This document shows, piece after piece, positions 1 to 11,300 of a stretch of DNA of 64,000 bases. A program made the position numbers and the translations under genes. The notes beneath the pieces are model-generated. The model was not told the origin of the DNA. It made no database searches and saw only the letters and a list, made by a program, of their open reading frames with translations. Source of the stretch: Phoronis australis (taxonomy: Eukaryota > Animalia > Phoronida); contig NMRA01000167.1 in the NCBI GenBank assembly GCA_002633005.1, positions 715,353 through 779,352 on the forward strand. The letters run 5' to 3'. Every line of letters begins with the position of its first letter. The first letter of the stretch is position 1.

Positions 1-776
1 ATATAAATACCTCAAATCCATCTAAAAATGGGAGGATAGCGTCATGTCATCAATAGATGATTACATTCCAAATTTTATGAAAATACGTTGAGGACCTTTG
101 AAGATACAGAGGTAAACGTAAAAAACTAAAATTGCCACTAGGGGGCACATCGGTGGTTCGATCTGTGCCAAAGTCGTCATCATCCGTTGTCAAAATCATA
201 TAAATACACTTCCCAAATTTAGTAAATAAAGATCCTGCAAACTGTTAAGGAGATCCAGCCATGGGCGCAAAAAACTGCCAATAGGAGGGACCACAGTAGT
301 CGAAGTCGTCCGAAAATCAGGTCAGCCATCCCTTTCATAGGTGAAACATACATTCCAATTTTCACGATCATCCTTAGAGCAGTTTGGTTGATATCAGGAC
401 GGATGCCAAAAACAGACTCGAAAACAGTAAAAATGGCCACCAGGTGGCGCAAACTGCATCGAATCCATGGGAAATAGAATGATGACATCATCTCACTAAT
501 AGATGCCTATATTCAAAATTTTATGAAAATACGTTGAGGACTTCCAAAAATACAGAGGTAAGCGTAAAAAAGTAAAACTGCTACTAGGGGGCACACCGGT
601 AGTCGGAGAGGTCCGAAATTTGTCGTCATCCGTCGTCAGCTTCCTTATAACACATCTGCCAAATCTGACCAAGATCCTGTGAGGGCTTAAGAGATACAGC
701 TGCGGACGCCGGACTACGGACGCCCAGACAGAGATGACGGCAATGTGCGACCACATATATAAGTGAGCTCATAAAA
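1..776 (-). mobile_element. Helentron-associated (HINE-like) non-autonomous element with internal tandem repeats, truncated by the window start
   Basis: The minus strand begins TTTTTATGAGCTCAC, followed by a CGTCC-type microsatellite-like stretch (703-730). Block ~45-200 recurs at ~490-645. A GCCACYAGGKGGC-like motif recurs about every 145-160 bp (134, 277, 435, 580). A homologous sequence lies at ~15060-15690. Confidence 0.6.
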
Positions 777-808
777 AGAGCACAGATACCTCTATTGCCA
801 CAGGTCGT

Positions 809-3800
809 CAGGCCCGTAGAAGGCAAAAATTACTGGGGGGCACAAACCAATTCGACTTCCCCCTTCCTACCGCCCCCCAACAACCTGTTCTCCGGATGAC
901 CCCTTATTTGTACCGACCCCCCCCCCATCACGTGCGCCACAGATGAGGGTTTCGGGGTAATTCTCGGGATACAGCCATCAGCATTTGAGTAACCGTGAAC
1001 CAACAAAGTTTCACGGGAATAAGAATGGGCTTACAGCCAGTGCACTGACGGGTAGCCTTGTACCTGATACATGTATCTAACAGTGTGGAAATACGAAATT
1101 CGATAACTAAAGCTAGTCCGGCGCTCAGCTATGATTCACTTGAGACAGGCTGCTTAGCTCGTAAAAATTGACATCTGCACTGGCTCTATGGTCAAGATTC
1201 GTTTTGGGAATAGTTAATTTTATTAATTGTGGTCATTTTTTGAAGGAATTTTGAAAAGGTGAGGCCCCACAAATTTTCAGGCGTCAGGGTTAGACCGTGG
1301 CAAAAGACATAGGCGTGGGGCCGGGGACAGTCGAGAAAAAAAGACTGCGAAATACGGATAAGGGAGAAAATCCAAGAGTCAGAACATTTAACAACTCTGC
1401 ATCAGTGCATGGTTTACATTTTGAGGACCCTGGCCAGGACATTGTCTCTAGGGGCTCCGCTTTTGCAGCACAAGTCGTCTAAACACCCTTGAAACGAGCA
1501 CGAAATCCATCATACATATATTTCGAAAAATCGAGAAAATTTATAAACGAACCTTTTGCGGAGCGTAATAATTTACTGGATCTTTAAATTCAATAAGTCA
1601 GTTTTGCGAATGCAAAACTAAATTTTTCCAGATGCCTCTCTCTGGCAAGGGATAACGGAGACCACTTTCGCTTTATTTTTTCTCGAAACTGTATATTACT
1701 TGAGAAAAATTGAAGACACGACAGATAACATTAAGTGCTGTGCATTTCCTGATATTTGAAAATATAGATGTTTTCATATTTAGGGGCCCCACCCTTGAAG
1801 GAGGCCATTGATGACATTTAAGTGGCAACTTTGTTGTGTTTTTATTGACAAAATTCTTGAGGGGCCGCTCACGGAGACAGGGTCCAATGTTGGAATCGAT
1901 TATTTCTATTTTCCTGTGTTTTGTGAAATCGTGCAACCGGCTTTCATGTTGAAGGTCACTCCCTGCATCGCTTTGGGACAACACGAGGGTGGAATGCATT
2001 GCCACTCTTTTTTCCAAGCTTAATGATGATTAGCCTTTCATCTTAAGGTGTCCCATTTCAGACGGTACCCTCTCTCGATGAAGCAGTTGAGGGGAAATGT
2101 ACCTTTGTCAATCTATACATGTAAATCCGACACTGCCAAGTATTCACGATGGAAGTTGAGATTCCAAATTCATCAAAAAACACAAAACACTCGTGCACAG
2201 CACAGCCATTCGACCCCAACAACCAAAAATGTGAAAAGTGCAGTAGGATTGCCGCCATCGAAAGGTTGGAATTTTGAAGAAAGTGAAGACCACTATTTGT
2301 GTATTACACAAAAGGACTATTTCCGATAGTTATAAAATAATGTTACTGTTTCCCTTAGCATCACAAGAATAGTATCTCTTTTGAAGATGGTTACTATAAG
2401 TTGTTTGTAAGGAATTCCCACACGTGGAAAACACTGCTGTCTGGGCTATTTGTGATGACCGTGTACATGTCGAAAGGGGGTACTCAAAGAACTCTCGCAA
2501 TCGTAAGCAAATATTTCAGCGTTGTTTTTTTTTTTGTCAGTAGAGTTCAAGTTTACCTCATGAACCGTTATATGTACATCTGAAACGAGCAACTGTACAC
2601 TTTAATACGAATGCTCCATCATCCTTTATTTCCCTGGAAATTGCTTATAACATTCCGTTTTGATAAACAAATTCGTTGGTTCCTGATTTACTTGTTTATA
2701 CATGTATATCTACGAAAATCGATAGATTCATAGATGATTTTTGACAATTAGAAGCTAATCTTGCAAGAATTGATGACGCTTCAGCCTGAACTTGGAAAAA
2801 CTCTGTAATCCGATCCCCAAATAGTAAAGTGCACTTATAGACGATTTTTGCATATCTAAAATAACTCTCAAAAACTTTGATGAAATTCGGACTCACAAAC
2901 CGTAGATAGAAAAAAAGGTTTAAAATTCCTAAATACATAAAATTAAGCTCATTGCTTGGAAATGTTGTCTTTCCACTTCCTTGGTGTTTTTAGTTTCCAG
3001 TAGCACCCTCTCTCGTTGGAGCGTTTCGGGGGAATTGCCGCTTTGTCACTCTATACATGTACATGTAAATCTGACACTACCAAGTGTTCACGAGGGGAAG
3101 CTTAAATTTCAAATTCATCAACAACACACAACTCGTGCACAGCACAGCAGTATCAAGACCGTCTGAAATGGGACAACTTGAGATGAAAAGTTAAACATCA
3201 TTAAGCTTGGAAAAGAGCCACAATTCGTTCCATCGTCACGTGACCCTTCCTCAACATGAAAGCCGGTAGTAGGATTTCACAAAAAACGGGAAAATAGAGG
3301 AATTCGATTCCAACAATGAGCCCTTTGTCCGTGAGCGGCCCCTTAAGAATTTGTCGATAAAATCACAAAAAGGGTGGCCACTTGAATGTTATCAATGGCC
3401 CCCTTAAAGGTCTGGGCCCCTAAATATGAAAAGATCTAATACATCAAAGATCAGGAAATGCGCAGCGATTGATGTTTTCTGTCAGGTCGTCAATTTTTCT
3501 TAAGTGATGTATAATTTCGAGAAAATAACCGAAAAATTAAAGCGACAGTTGTCTCCGTTATCCCATGTCAGAGAGGGGCCTATGGAAAAATATAGTTTGG
3601 CGTTTGCAAAATTGTCTTATCGAATTTGAAATTTTCTCGATTTTTAAGAGGTATTTGAATGACTAAGTGCACGTTTTCAAGTGCGCTTAGACGATGCTGC
3701 AAAAACGGAAACCCTAACAACAATGTCTTGACCAGGGCCCTCAAAGGGTTAACCAAGCACTAATACTGAATTGTCAAATGTTCTCTTGAATTTTCTCTCT

Positions 3801-3930
3801 TATTCCTATTTGCAGTCTTTCTTTTCTCGACTGCCCCGGCCGCATGCCATGTCGGCTGCCAAGATTCAGCCCTGACGCCTGCAAATTTTTGGGGGGCACG
3901 AGACCCGGTCCCCTGCTTCCTACGGCCCTG
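809..3930. mobile_element. Non-autonomous DNA transposon / foldback element with long internal inverted repeats
   Basis: Short termini CAGGCCCGTAG (809) and CTACGGCCCTG (3920-3930). Arms ~1264-2066 and ~3158-3897 are diverged reverse complements. Internal direct repeat 2067-2206 vs 3005-3148. No clear TSD. Confidence 0.6.
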
Positions 3931-5081
3931 CTCGTGGGTCGAGGGGGTTGTGGGTCAAGTGGGTTGTGAGTCAAGGGGGTCATGGGTTGAGGGGGTTTCA
4001 GAACAATTCCTAACGCGGTACTTGTATGTAAGAACTCCATTTTGCGACCTGAAATTTGTGAGTATTTAACGCCCCAGGTAAGAGCATAACGTAAACATTT
4101 TCTCCATGATCTAAAACAAAATTTTGCGACCTGGCATTTATAAATGCCAACTGTACTTCTAAAATGAGACCTGGGATTTTGGCTAGGTCGCAAAATTCGA
4201 CCTGGCGATTTTCACAACGTGGAACCCTCACATACAATGGCCGATTTAACCTGTGAGTTATTCACATACTGTGTGAATACAACGGGACGCTGCAATGTAC
4301 ATGTAAACGAAAGTCAGGTACAGCAGAAAAATGGACTCCAGAAAGAAACAACCACAACAGCCAACTCGTCTACACAAAAAGGCCCCAAACTGTATCCACA
4401 TTTTACACTTCCTACATCGGTCATGCCAGTTTGTTTAGGTTAATCACCAGCTGTTGAGAATTTGACCAGCCAATCAGAAATGCCAAAGCAAAAAAATTCC
4501 CCAGGAGAATTAACTGATACCTGCCTGTTCTCTACCCCCAGCGGACACAAAGGGAACCAGCGAGGGGTCCATCCAATAACCTACACCATTTGTGCTCAAC
4601 TTCAAAGATGATTCAAAGGTTTTGGTAGCAAGAGTGATGACTGGTTTAGTTTATGTTCAAGACTGTTATTATGTACACAAGATGGCACTGCACTGCTCCA
4701 TAAAAATGTCTACCAAATTCCAAGGGGTGCATGCATGGTACAAAAAGACACCACTGAAAATCCAGACAAAGATGAAAATATGCCTGCATCATATGTGTAT
4801 ACAATTGCATGGGTGCATGAAATTAGAAATAATTTCTAATCTTCTGCAAGTCATTCCAGACACAAACAAATAATAAATAGTGCTGAAAATCAATTCTTTT
4901 TACAAAATTTGCTAAACTTTCCAAGACTGTGCTGTTCAGACCAATCACATGTGATATCATCTCATTTTTAAAAATACACACCAACAGCTAAGATTCTAAG
5001 TAAAATGAGACCCATTTCTTGCAGATAATAAGTCTGCTTAAAACCTTCCATATTTAGTAGAAAGTACATATACAAATGTTC

Positions 5082-5375
5082 TCAATTCAGTGTGGGGATA
5101 TCTTGTTTTTCTTTTCGCCTTCGAGTCTCGTACGCCAATGCCAAGTGTTTCTGTGCTTGGTTCTGATTTCGCTTCAGTTCATCCCGTCGTTCACACTCTT
5201 TCAATATCATTCGCTGTCCGCTTGACCGATTCACTTGACCTCTCTTGTACAACCACGTGACATACAAAGTGGAACAGCCCAGTACAGAAAGGACAAAGTA
5301 ATTCCTGACACGAAATGCCTGAGTGCCCCTCAACTTACGCCGAGGATCAATTTCGCGACCAACAACCTTTTCCAT
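5082..5375 (-). CDS. Small single-pass membrane protein, PET117-like (putative cytochrome c oxidase assembly factor)
   Basis: 97-aa ORF in a good Kozak context (GCCATGG), 27 nt downstream of a strong minus-strand acceptor (poly-T...CTGCAG; exon starts at 5402). One hydrophobic helix (YFVLSVLGCSTLYVTWLY) is followed by a charged helix ILKECERRDELKRN, resembling the PET117 V-R-D-x-E-R...K..N motif as I recall it. Confidence 0.6.
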   Translation of the reverse strand: MEKVVGREIDPRRKLRGTQAFRVRNYFVLSVLGCSTLYVTWLYKRGQVNRSSGQRMILKECERRDELKRNQNQAQKHLALAYETRRRKEKQDIPTLN

Positions 5376-5829
5376 GGCAACTGGATTTCTATCTCACCAC
5401 ATCTGCAGAAAAAAATAAAAAATTCAAACAGTATTAAATCAGAAAAAAGAGACTCTTCAATTGCGGAGAAAAATAAAAGTAACAAGTCACTTTTTTCATT
5501 TACAAAATGTTAATGGAAATGTTAAAAGTGATTTTGAAAAGTTCTGGAAAGGTTCAGTGTTAAGGTTTGGTAGAAGTAGCATCTGTAGTACAAACAAACT
5601 TGTGAACCATGGCAACTCTTCTTAAGACAAACCACAAAATTAAACAATGTAAACAATGTGATAAGGCATAGCTGGCTTTTTAAGTATTATTGGTGTCCCG
5701 AATATGCTTGTGGCAATCCCGTTTCAAATAATTAATTTGCAATTTTATTTTTGTGAATATTTAAGTGACAGTCATCTTCAGCTACGCCATGTGCTCAGGA
5801 AGTTGGCAAGTAGAATTTATCACCCCCCT

Positions 5830-6129
5830 CATAGGCGGATTTAGGGGGGGGGCTCAGGGGGTCCCCCCCTTGGATGGAAAAATAAACAGCAGGAACAGCA
5901 TGAAGAAACACAAGTGCACCAATTTGGATTGGAATGGCAGCGGGGGGGTAGGGCACAGCGGAATCGCGTTCCCGTTTTCTTTTTTTATTAGCCCGATAGA
6001 ATTTGGCAACACCAGGTCCACATCGTCAGTCCCTGCTACTTTCGGGCCGCCTGTGCTTCCAATTGCGCTTTTCCCAATTCTCCGAGGCAACATCTTGCCC
6101 CCCCTTATGGTATCCTAGATCCGCTACTG
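5830..6129. mobile_element. MITE with G/C-run subterminal sequence
   Basis: The left end CATAGGCGGATTTAGG and the right end CCTAGATCCGCTACTG (reverse complement CAGTAGCGGATCTAGG) form imperfect TIRs. Confidence 0.55.
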
Positions 6130-7459
6130 CCCCTCTCCATTAGCTCTGTCCACTTCAATTTGAAGCTGATCAGCCCAAGTATTGATGACAATCACAAAAA
6201 TGGTGACAAGAAAAAGGAGCAGGATGCAAATCCCTTTGCTCATTAGATGAAGACAGCTTCGCAGGAGAAAATTTTACTCTCAAATTTGACATGCTGATAT
6301 TATTTATGAAATGGAATCAGTTCCAATGATTTGATGTGACAATGTACGCAACCTCATGGAGGAAAAACAGTTGAATCCGCATTTTTTGCGTATGGTACAC
6401 AGGTATGGATGGAAGAATTGGCGATAAAAGAAACTGGCCAATACGTGACGCTATATTTCTTGATACCAAAAGCCGACGTATAAGATCGCTTCACTACTTT
6501 AGCAGCAGAATAGTGTACGTCAAAAATTTTTCTAACACTGGTTAATTTCAGTTTACTCAAGGAACAGTGTAGTTTTTAATGACACTAATTTGCTGTCATA
6601 TTTTGTTTGAACATTTTGTATCCATATCATCACAAAGGTGTATATTTGGTACAGCTTTGCACCAAGGCTAGAGAAATCTTAGTTGCTAAACCAACCCTTA
6701 AATATTAGGGTTCGCACAGTGAAATTTTCAAGTGCCATCACTCTTGAATTGCACATCAAATATTAACCTGCGCACCTCAAAACTGAGATTGCATTAACAC
6801 ATTTATCTCCAGAATTGATGCGGTGAACATAACTGCCCTTCAAAAGAACCTATTTAAGACTCAAATCTTTACCATTTCCTTGTCACTCTGACAATTGTAT
6901 TTTTAACCTACCACTGAACTCGTGAACTGAAGCATACGCTGGGCTCATTGGTTGGCATTTGAGTTACTACATGATGTCATTAGGTCAAAAACTAAGATGG
7001 CAGACATTTGATTCGTTGTTGTTAGAGGAAGGTAAAAATTACGAAGCAAAGAATAATCGGTAAGACCGTTTGCGGTTTTATAAATGTCTCCAGGGAATTT
7101 TATTTGGCAAGTACTAATGCACCGAACAAGAATTTTTCTTCCAGCATTCTTTTGGTTTACATCAATTTTTTCACCAGGGAAGTGGTGAAAATTGAGCCGC
7201 CTCCGGTGGAACTTCAGCTGTTTAGGAGCTCAGTATTGATTAGTGTAAACTCACCTGGGAATCAACAATTTTTAACACATGCGATAAATTGTACTGATAA
7301 TTCTAGGATTGAATTTAACCACTTTTTATTGCAAAAGTAATTATCAAAGAACAATTAAGTCTTTAAAGACTTAATTGGAAGGAGTTAAAGAGCTCATTCC
7401 CATTAAAACAAATACTCCCACTGCTCAAGAATAGAGAACTGAGACGGCATTGGCCAGGT

Positions 7460-7539
7460 ATAGCGTTCGTTGATTTTGAGAACCATGCAATCACTGAATA
7501 ACGAGTCCGTTACTGGTACTCAAAATCAGACCACGCTAT
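7460..7539. repeat. Short inverted repeat (hairpin)
   Basis: ATAGCGTTCGTTGATTTTGAGAACCA pairs imperfectly with TGGTACTCAAAATCAGACCACGCTAT. Confidence 0.6.
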
Positions 7540-7606
7540 CCTCCCACGTCGGCAGTGATTAACTAGGTCTAGGACTAGGGCCAGGGGCAGGGGTAAGTTC
7601 ACCTAC

Positions 7607-7750
7607 CGTCCTCCTGTGGATGGTGTGCATCCAGATAAGTGAAACTGTAATGAGCGCCCTTCAAACTGGGGACAGGATTCGTCCGAAAACCTGCGCTGAA
7701 CTGCGTTGGTGGAAGAAACACGTAAAGATGGCTTAGGCTACTTGTCTAGA
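7607..7750 (-). other. Putative first (5' UTR) exon of the PET117-like gene
   Basis: Minus-strand donor G|GTAGGT (plus ACCTAC, 7601-7606), adjacent to the promoter-like region. The upper boundary (TSS) is approximate. Confidence 0.5.
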
Positions 7751-7970
7751 CTCTCTAGTAGGCAAAAGGTACCCGCTCATCCAAAACCTTTACGGCTAAT
7801 AGATGGCGCTTCCTATCAATCACGTGGTTTGTCGTTTTATCGCCAAGGGGTGGCACTACATATTTCCGGCTGTCGGCCAAGGGAATAACAATAACAAATT
7901 GTCAATGGGCGAGGGACAAAGGACTTGGAGGTTAACATTTTAAGGTGCCGTAAACATTCGACGTCATCAA
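7720..7970. promoter_or_regulatory. Putative bidirectional promoter (PET117-like / ANO8)
   Basis: CpG-richer segment between divergent first exons. Contains YY1-like AAGATGGC (7725) and AGATGGCG (7801), a ZNF143/ETS-like ACTACATATTTCCGG (7855-7869) and a CRE-like GACGTCA (7960). Confidence 0.55.
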
Positions 7971-8273
7971 GTGCTTAGGACTGAATGTGATTCACTTAAC
8001 ACAATTCTTACTCATTTAAAATCTCACTGCTCTAAGTTTAAAATCTCACAGTCTGAACTTTCCCTGTCTATTTTTCTTGCCTGTTGTGTTGCCAGTGCTG
8101 GGCTGAAGTTTGTCTTGGCCCGATGTCTGCCAAANGGAAGTTGTCTATGTTTATGCTCCTCTTTCTGTAGAGAACTGGGCTGTTCCTTGTTTTCACACTG
8201 TTTACTGTTTTACGTTAGAACCGACGAATTTTCTGTCGCCGTATGACACGCGTTGGTTTTAGATTGATACAGC

Positions 8274-8334
8274 ATGAGCCAGGGCACATGCAGATCATCA
8301 TCTTTGACAGGCGCTACCCTGAGAAGCCGTTCAC
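8274..8334 (+). CDS. ANO8: ANO8 putative coding exon 1 (MSQGTCRSSSLTGATLRSRS)
   Basis: ATG at 8274 and donor C|GTGAGT at 8335. The phase-1 end matches the phase-1 acceptor at 18197. Lies next to the promoter-like region. Confidence 0.6.
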
Positions 8335-11300
8335 GTGAGTAGGCTCATCTTCGGCTTGGTCGCTGTGCTGTAGCCTGTGCGTGGACTTGGAGTCCTGTTT
8401 ATTCTCAAGATTGCGTATGCGTGAACTTGGAATTGAATTCTCATTTATGCAATCAGCAAGTTTCCAAGTTCACGAACAGCAGCTGCACCATGCATGCCAG
8501 TAAGTCTACTATTGTTAACTGGGAAGCTGGACTGGCCCAGTTCAGACGGTGGTAGGCATACTGCGCTGCACTTGACACCTAACCTAACAGTTATAAACTT
8601 GTCTGTTATGTGTGCCAAGCGTCCAAGCTAGGTGATCATCCTATGGAAAATTAATCTCGAATCATTTGTAAAATTAATTACCAGAACAAGTTAGCCAGCG
8701 AGCAAGTAGTGACTTGATCCTCACTATAGGCATAGCTGGCTCAGTAGAGACGTGAAGCTCCTATATTGGAGCTTCGTACGCCGGGAGCTTTTTGGCGAAT
8801 TATGCCTCACTCTGATAAAAAATCAAAGTCGCGCTGTTATAAGTAGCTTTTGCGCATAGAGGGGGACACCTGGGGCCTTCCAACCTCAGTTCCTTCCAAC
8901 TTCAGTTCCCAAAATTGGAAACTGGCCATATTTAACACAGTGCACGGCAGGTGCCATGGTATGATGTCATATCCCCTGGCGTGCACAGTGTAAACATGGC
9001 CAGCTACGGGTTTTGGGAACTGAACGAGGAACTGCTCAAAGAAAAAGTTTCTTCCGCTGCTGGCTATGCTCCCAGTGATCTTGAAGTCAAGTTTATTACT
9101 TTGTGTATAGCTGTTATTATCTTTTAGTAGTGTAACTCCAAACTGGTGTTTCAGAGCGGTAACTTCAGGAGTGTCATCTTTTTTAAAAACAGGAAAAGCG
9201 AAATAAGTGTCATTACTTATGTATTGTGCCACAAAAATATGCCCATTTAAAGTTTTTGAGTTTGCAGCTGTTTCATGCTTTTCATTGTGCGTTTTAAGTT
9301 TTTTAATATGGAACAGCAGTGACACCCGTTGCCAAAATATAAATCACACATCATATGTACATTTTTCTTGTTTTCTAACTGCATCTCTGATGACTCATTT
9401 TACAAAATATTAAGGCTAATTAAGGTGATGTAATAATCTTTATAACATCAATTTGACTCAAGATCACCAAAAACTTAGTGCACTCATCATTCAACCAATA
9501 TCTCTATTATTTGTTTGGTAAGCTACTTGGCTGTTTTCGTAAGTTTAGATTTAAAAGTCTTGGTTCACACAGTTTTTTAGTAAAAAGCTCACTACAGAGG
9601 GAACTTAGATGTAAAAGCCTTAATTGGTCCACATGTTTTTTTGTAAAAAACCTCTGTGTGTGTGGGGGGCGGGGTGAGGAATTGCTGGTGAACGGTGGTG
9701 GGGGTTACCCGTTGTTGGAATCATGGATGCCCTGGAATATTGCAAACCCCATTTTAGACACCCAGTTTTCGAAATTCTGGATAAAGCCCTGCTGCTCGCC
9801 CCTGGGATTTGACGTCATGTCTCTTGGCGTGAGTACTGTAAAAAAGGTGATGTTTTGAAGAAAGACTCGCGTAGACAGCTGCTTCAGCATGTTTCAGTTG
9901 ACAGCGTCGACTTCTGTGCAATTCATATTTAGTATTTTGATTCAAAACACACCGAAGCACTGTCTTTTATTGTGAGGGCAGACATTAAAGTCCATTAGAT
10001 TTAGGAAAAAAGGAACAGGTGAAGCGCATTAATTTATCAAATGCTGCTTCCTAAATTACTAGTAACGAACTTTTTCATTCCTCTTTTTAACTCATGACAT
10101 CATTTCAATTTTAGAGAGAGTTGCCAAATAAAGTTGCATCATGGTTCATGCGGGTTCAATAATTATGAATTTCTTAATTCGTGATGTTCAGAGAACGTAT
10201 ATTTGTCTTACTCCCAGTCAGCATTCTTCCCCTGGTGTCCAACAATTCGCTCTCTTGGTTCTAAATTTTGGTCCAGTCTCCTTCTATCTCTGTAGGAACT
10301 ATACAGGAGATCATGGTTTTGTTCTGTCAGAAATTTGTAATATGAGATGATGAAATCATTTCATACAAGCCACCCAAGAAAGACGTACACTGAAAGACAC
10401 AGTGGCTACGGTTGAAGTGAAAGTGTTCATGACAAAAATGCCTATTGAAATAGGTCACAGGTTGCTACCACTTAAAACTGCCTAGCATCAGGTTTTTCTT
10501 CTCAAAACATAGCATTATGGTTTAGAGCAGAAATGACGCATTGATTCCAGAATTACAGCAAGTTGACATGTATTCGTTTTACGTTTCTAAACTCCAGAGC
10601 ACTTTAGGAAGTTTTGTATACTTTTTGCCTCTGCAATTTTCCAAACATTAATGATAAAAGTTATCTTAAGAAACATGTTTAGAATGAAGTCCAACTGTTT
10701 AATTTTGACTGGTTGAATTCTTACTCAGAATGTACGAATACAAGTTTGATGATACTGTAAAGTATTTCCTTTTTGCAAATTCTTGTGTATTGAAAAAGTA
10801 CAGCCGGTGCAGTCAGCAACTAATTTTCTTGATTTTGCAGCTTTCTTTGAAATATTTATTAGGATGAAAGGTGTAAGATAGAAAAATATTTTTTATTAGC
10901 TGAAAAATTGCATTTTCGTAGGTGTGACGGATGTACATGATGAATGTTCAAATTTTGAGCTCCCAAGCTCAAATTTGACCATTTACCTCAATTTTCAATT
11001 ATGCACCATCACCATACTCAATTTTCATGTATTGCCATGCACCAATTAATTACTGCTAACAGTGTTTTTAGAGTAAGTACTTTCTATGTATAAAATGTTT
11101 TGTCAAAGTGCTACTGTCATGCTTTAAGATAAAGTAGATATTGAAGATCAGAAAGGCTTGGATGTATTTGTCTCTTACGTTATAAGCCTGCGTTGGAACA
11201 ATGAATTTTCCTGCTGTGTCAATTTTAATATAATTTGTTAACAATGTATGTGGTTAGGCCTTAGATTATAAATGTTCAAGGCCTTAAACTTGATACTGAA

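Noticed and set aside
1673-4237. Several 60-139 aa ORFs in the foldback element
   Set aside because: No transposase or other motifs; consistent with chance ORFs in non-coding repeat.
7560-7600. TAGG/CAGGGG repeats as a telomeric seed, and the plus-strand GGTAAGT as an ANO8 donor
   Set aside because: Too degenerate for TTAGGG repeats, and the site lies upstream of the inferred plus-strand promoter with no supporting exon.
8837-9325. 162-aa minus-strand ORF as a gene
   Set aside because: Non-ATG start, no recognisable motif or splice context, and it lies antisense in a repeat-like part of ANO8 intron 1.
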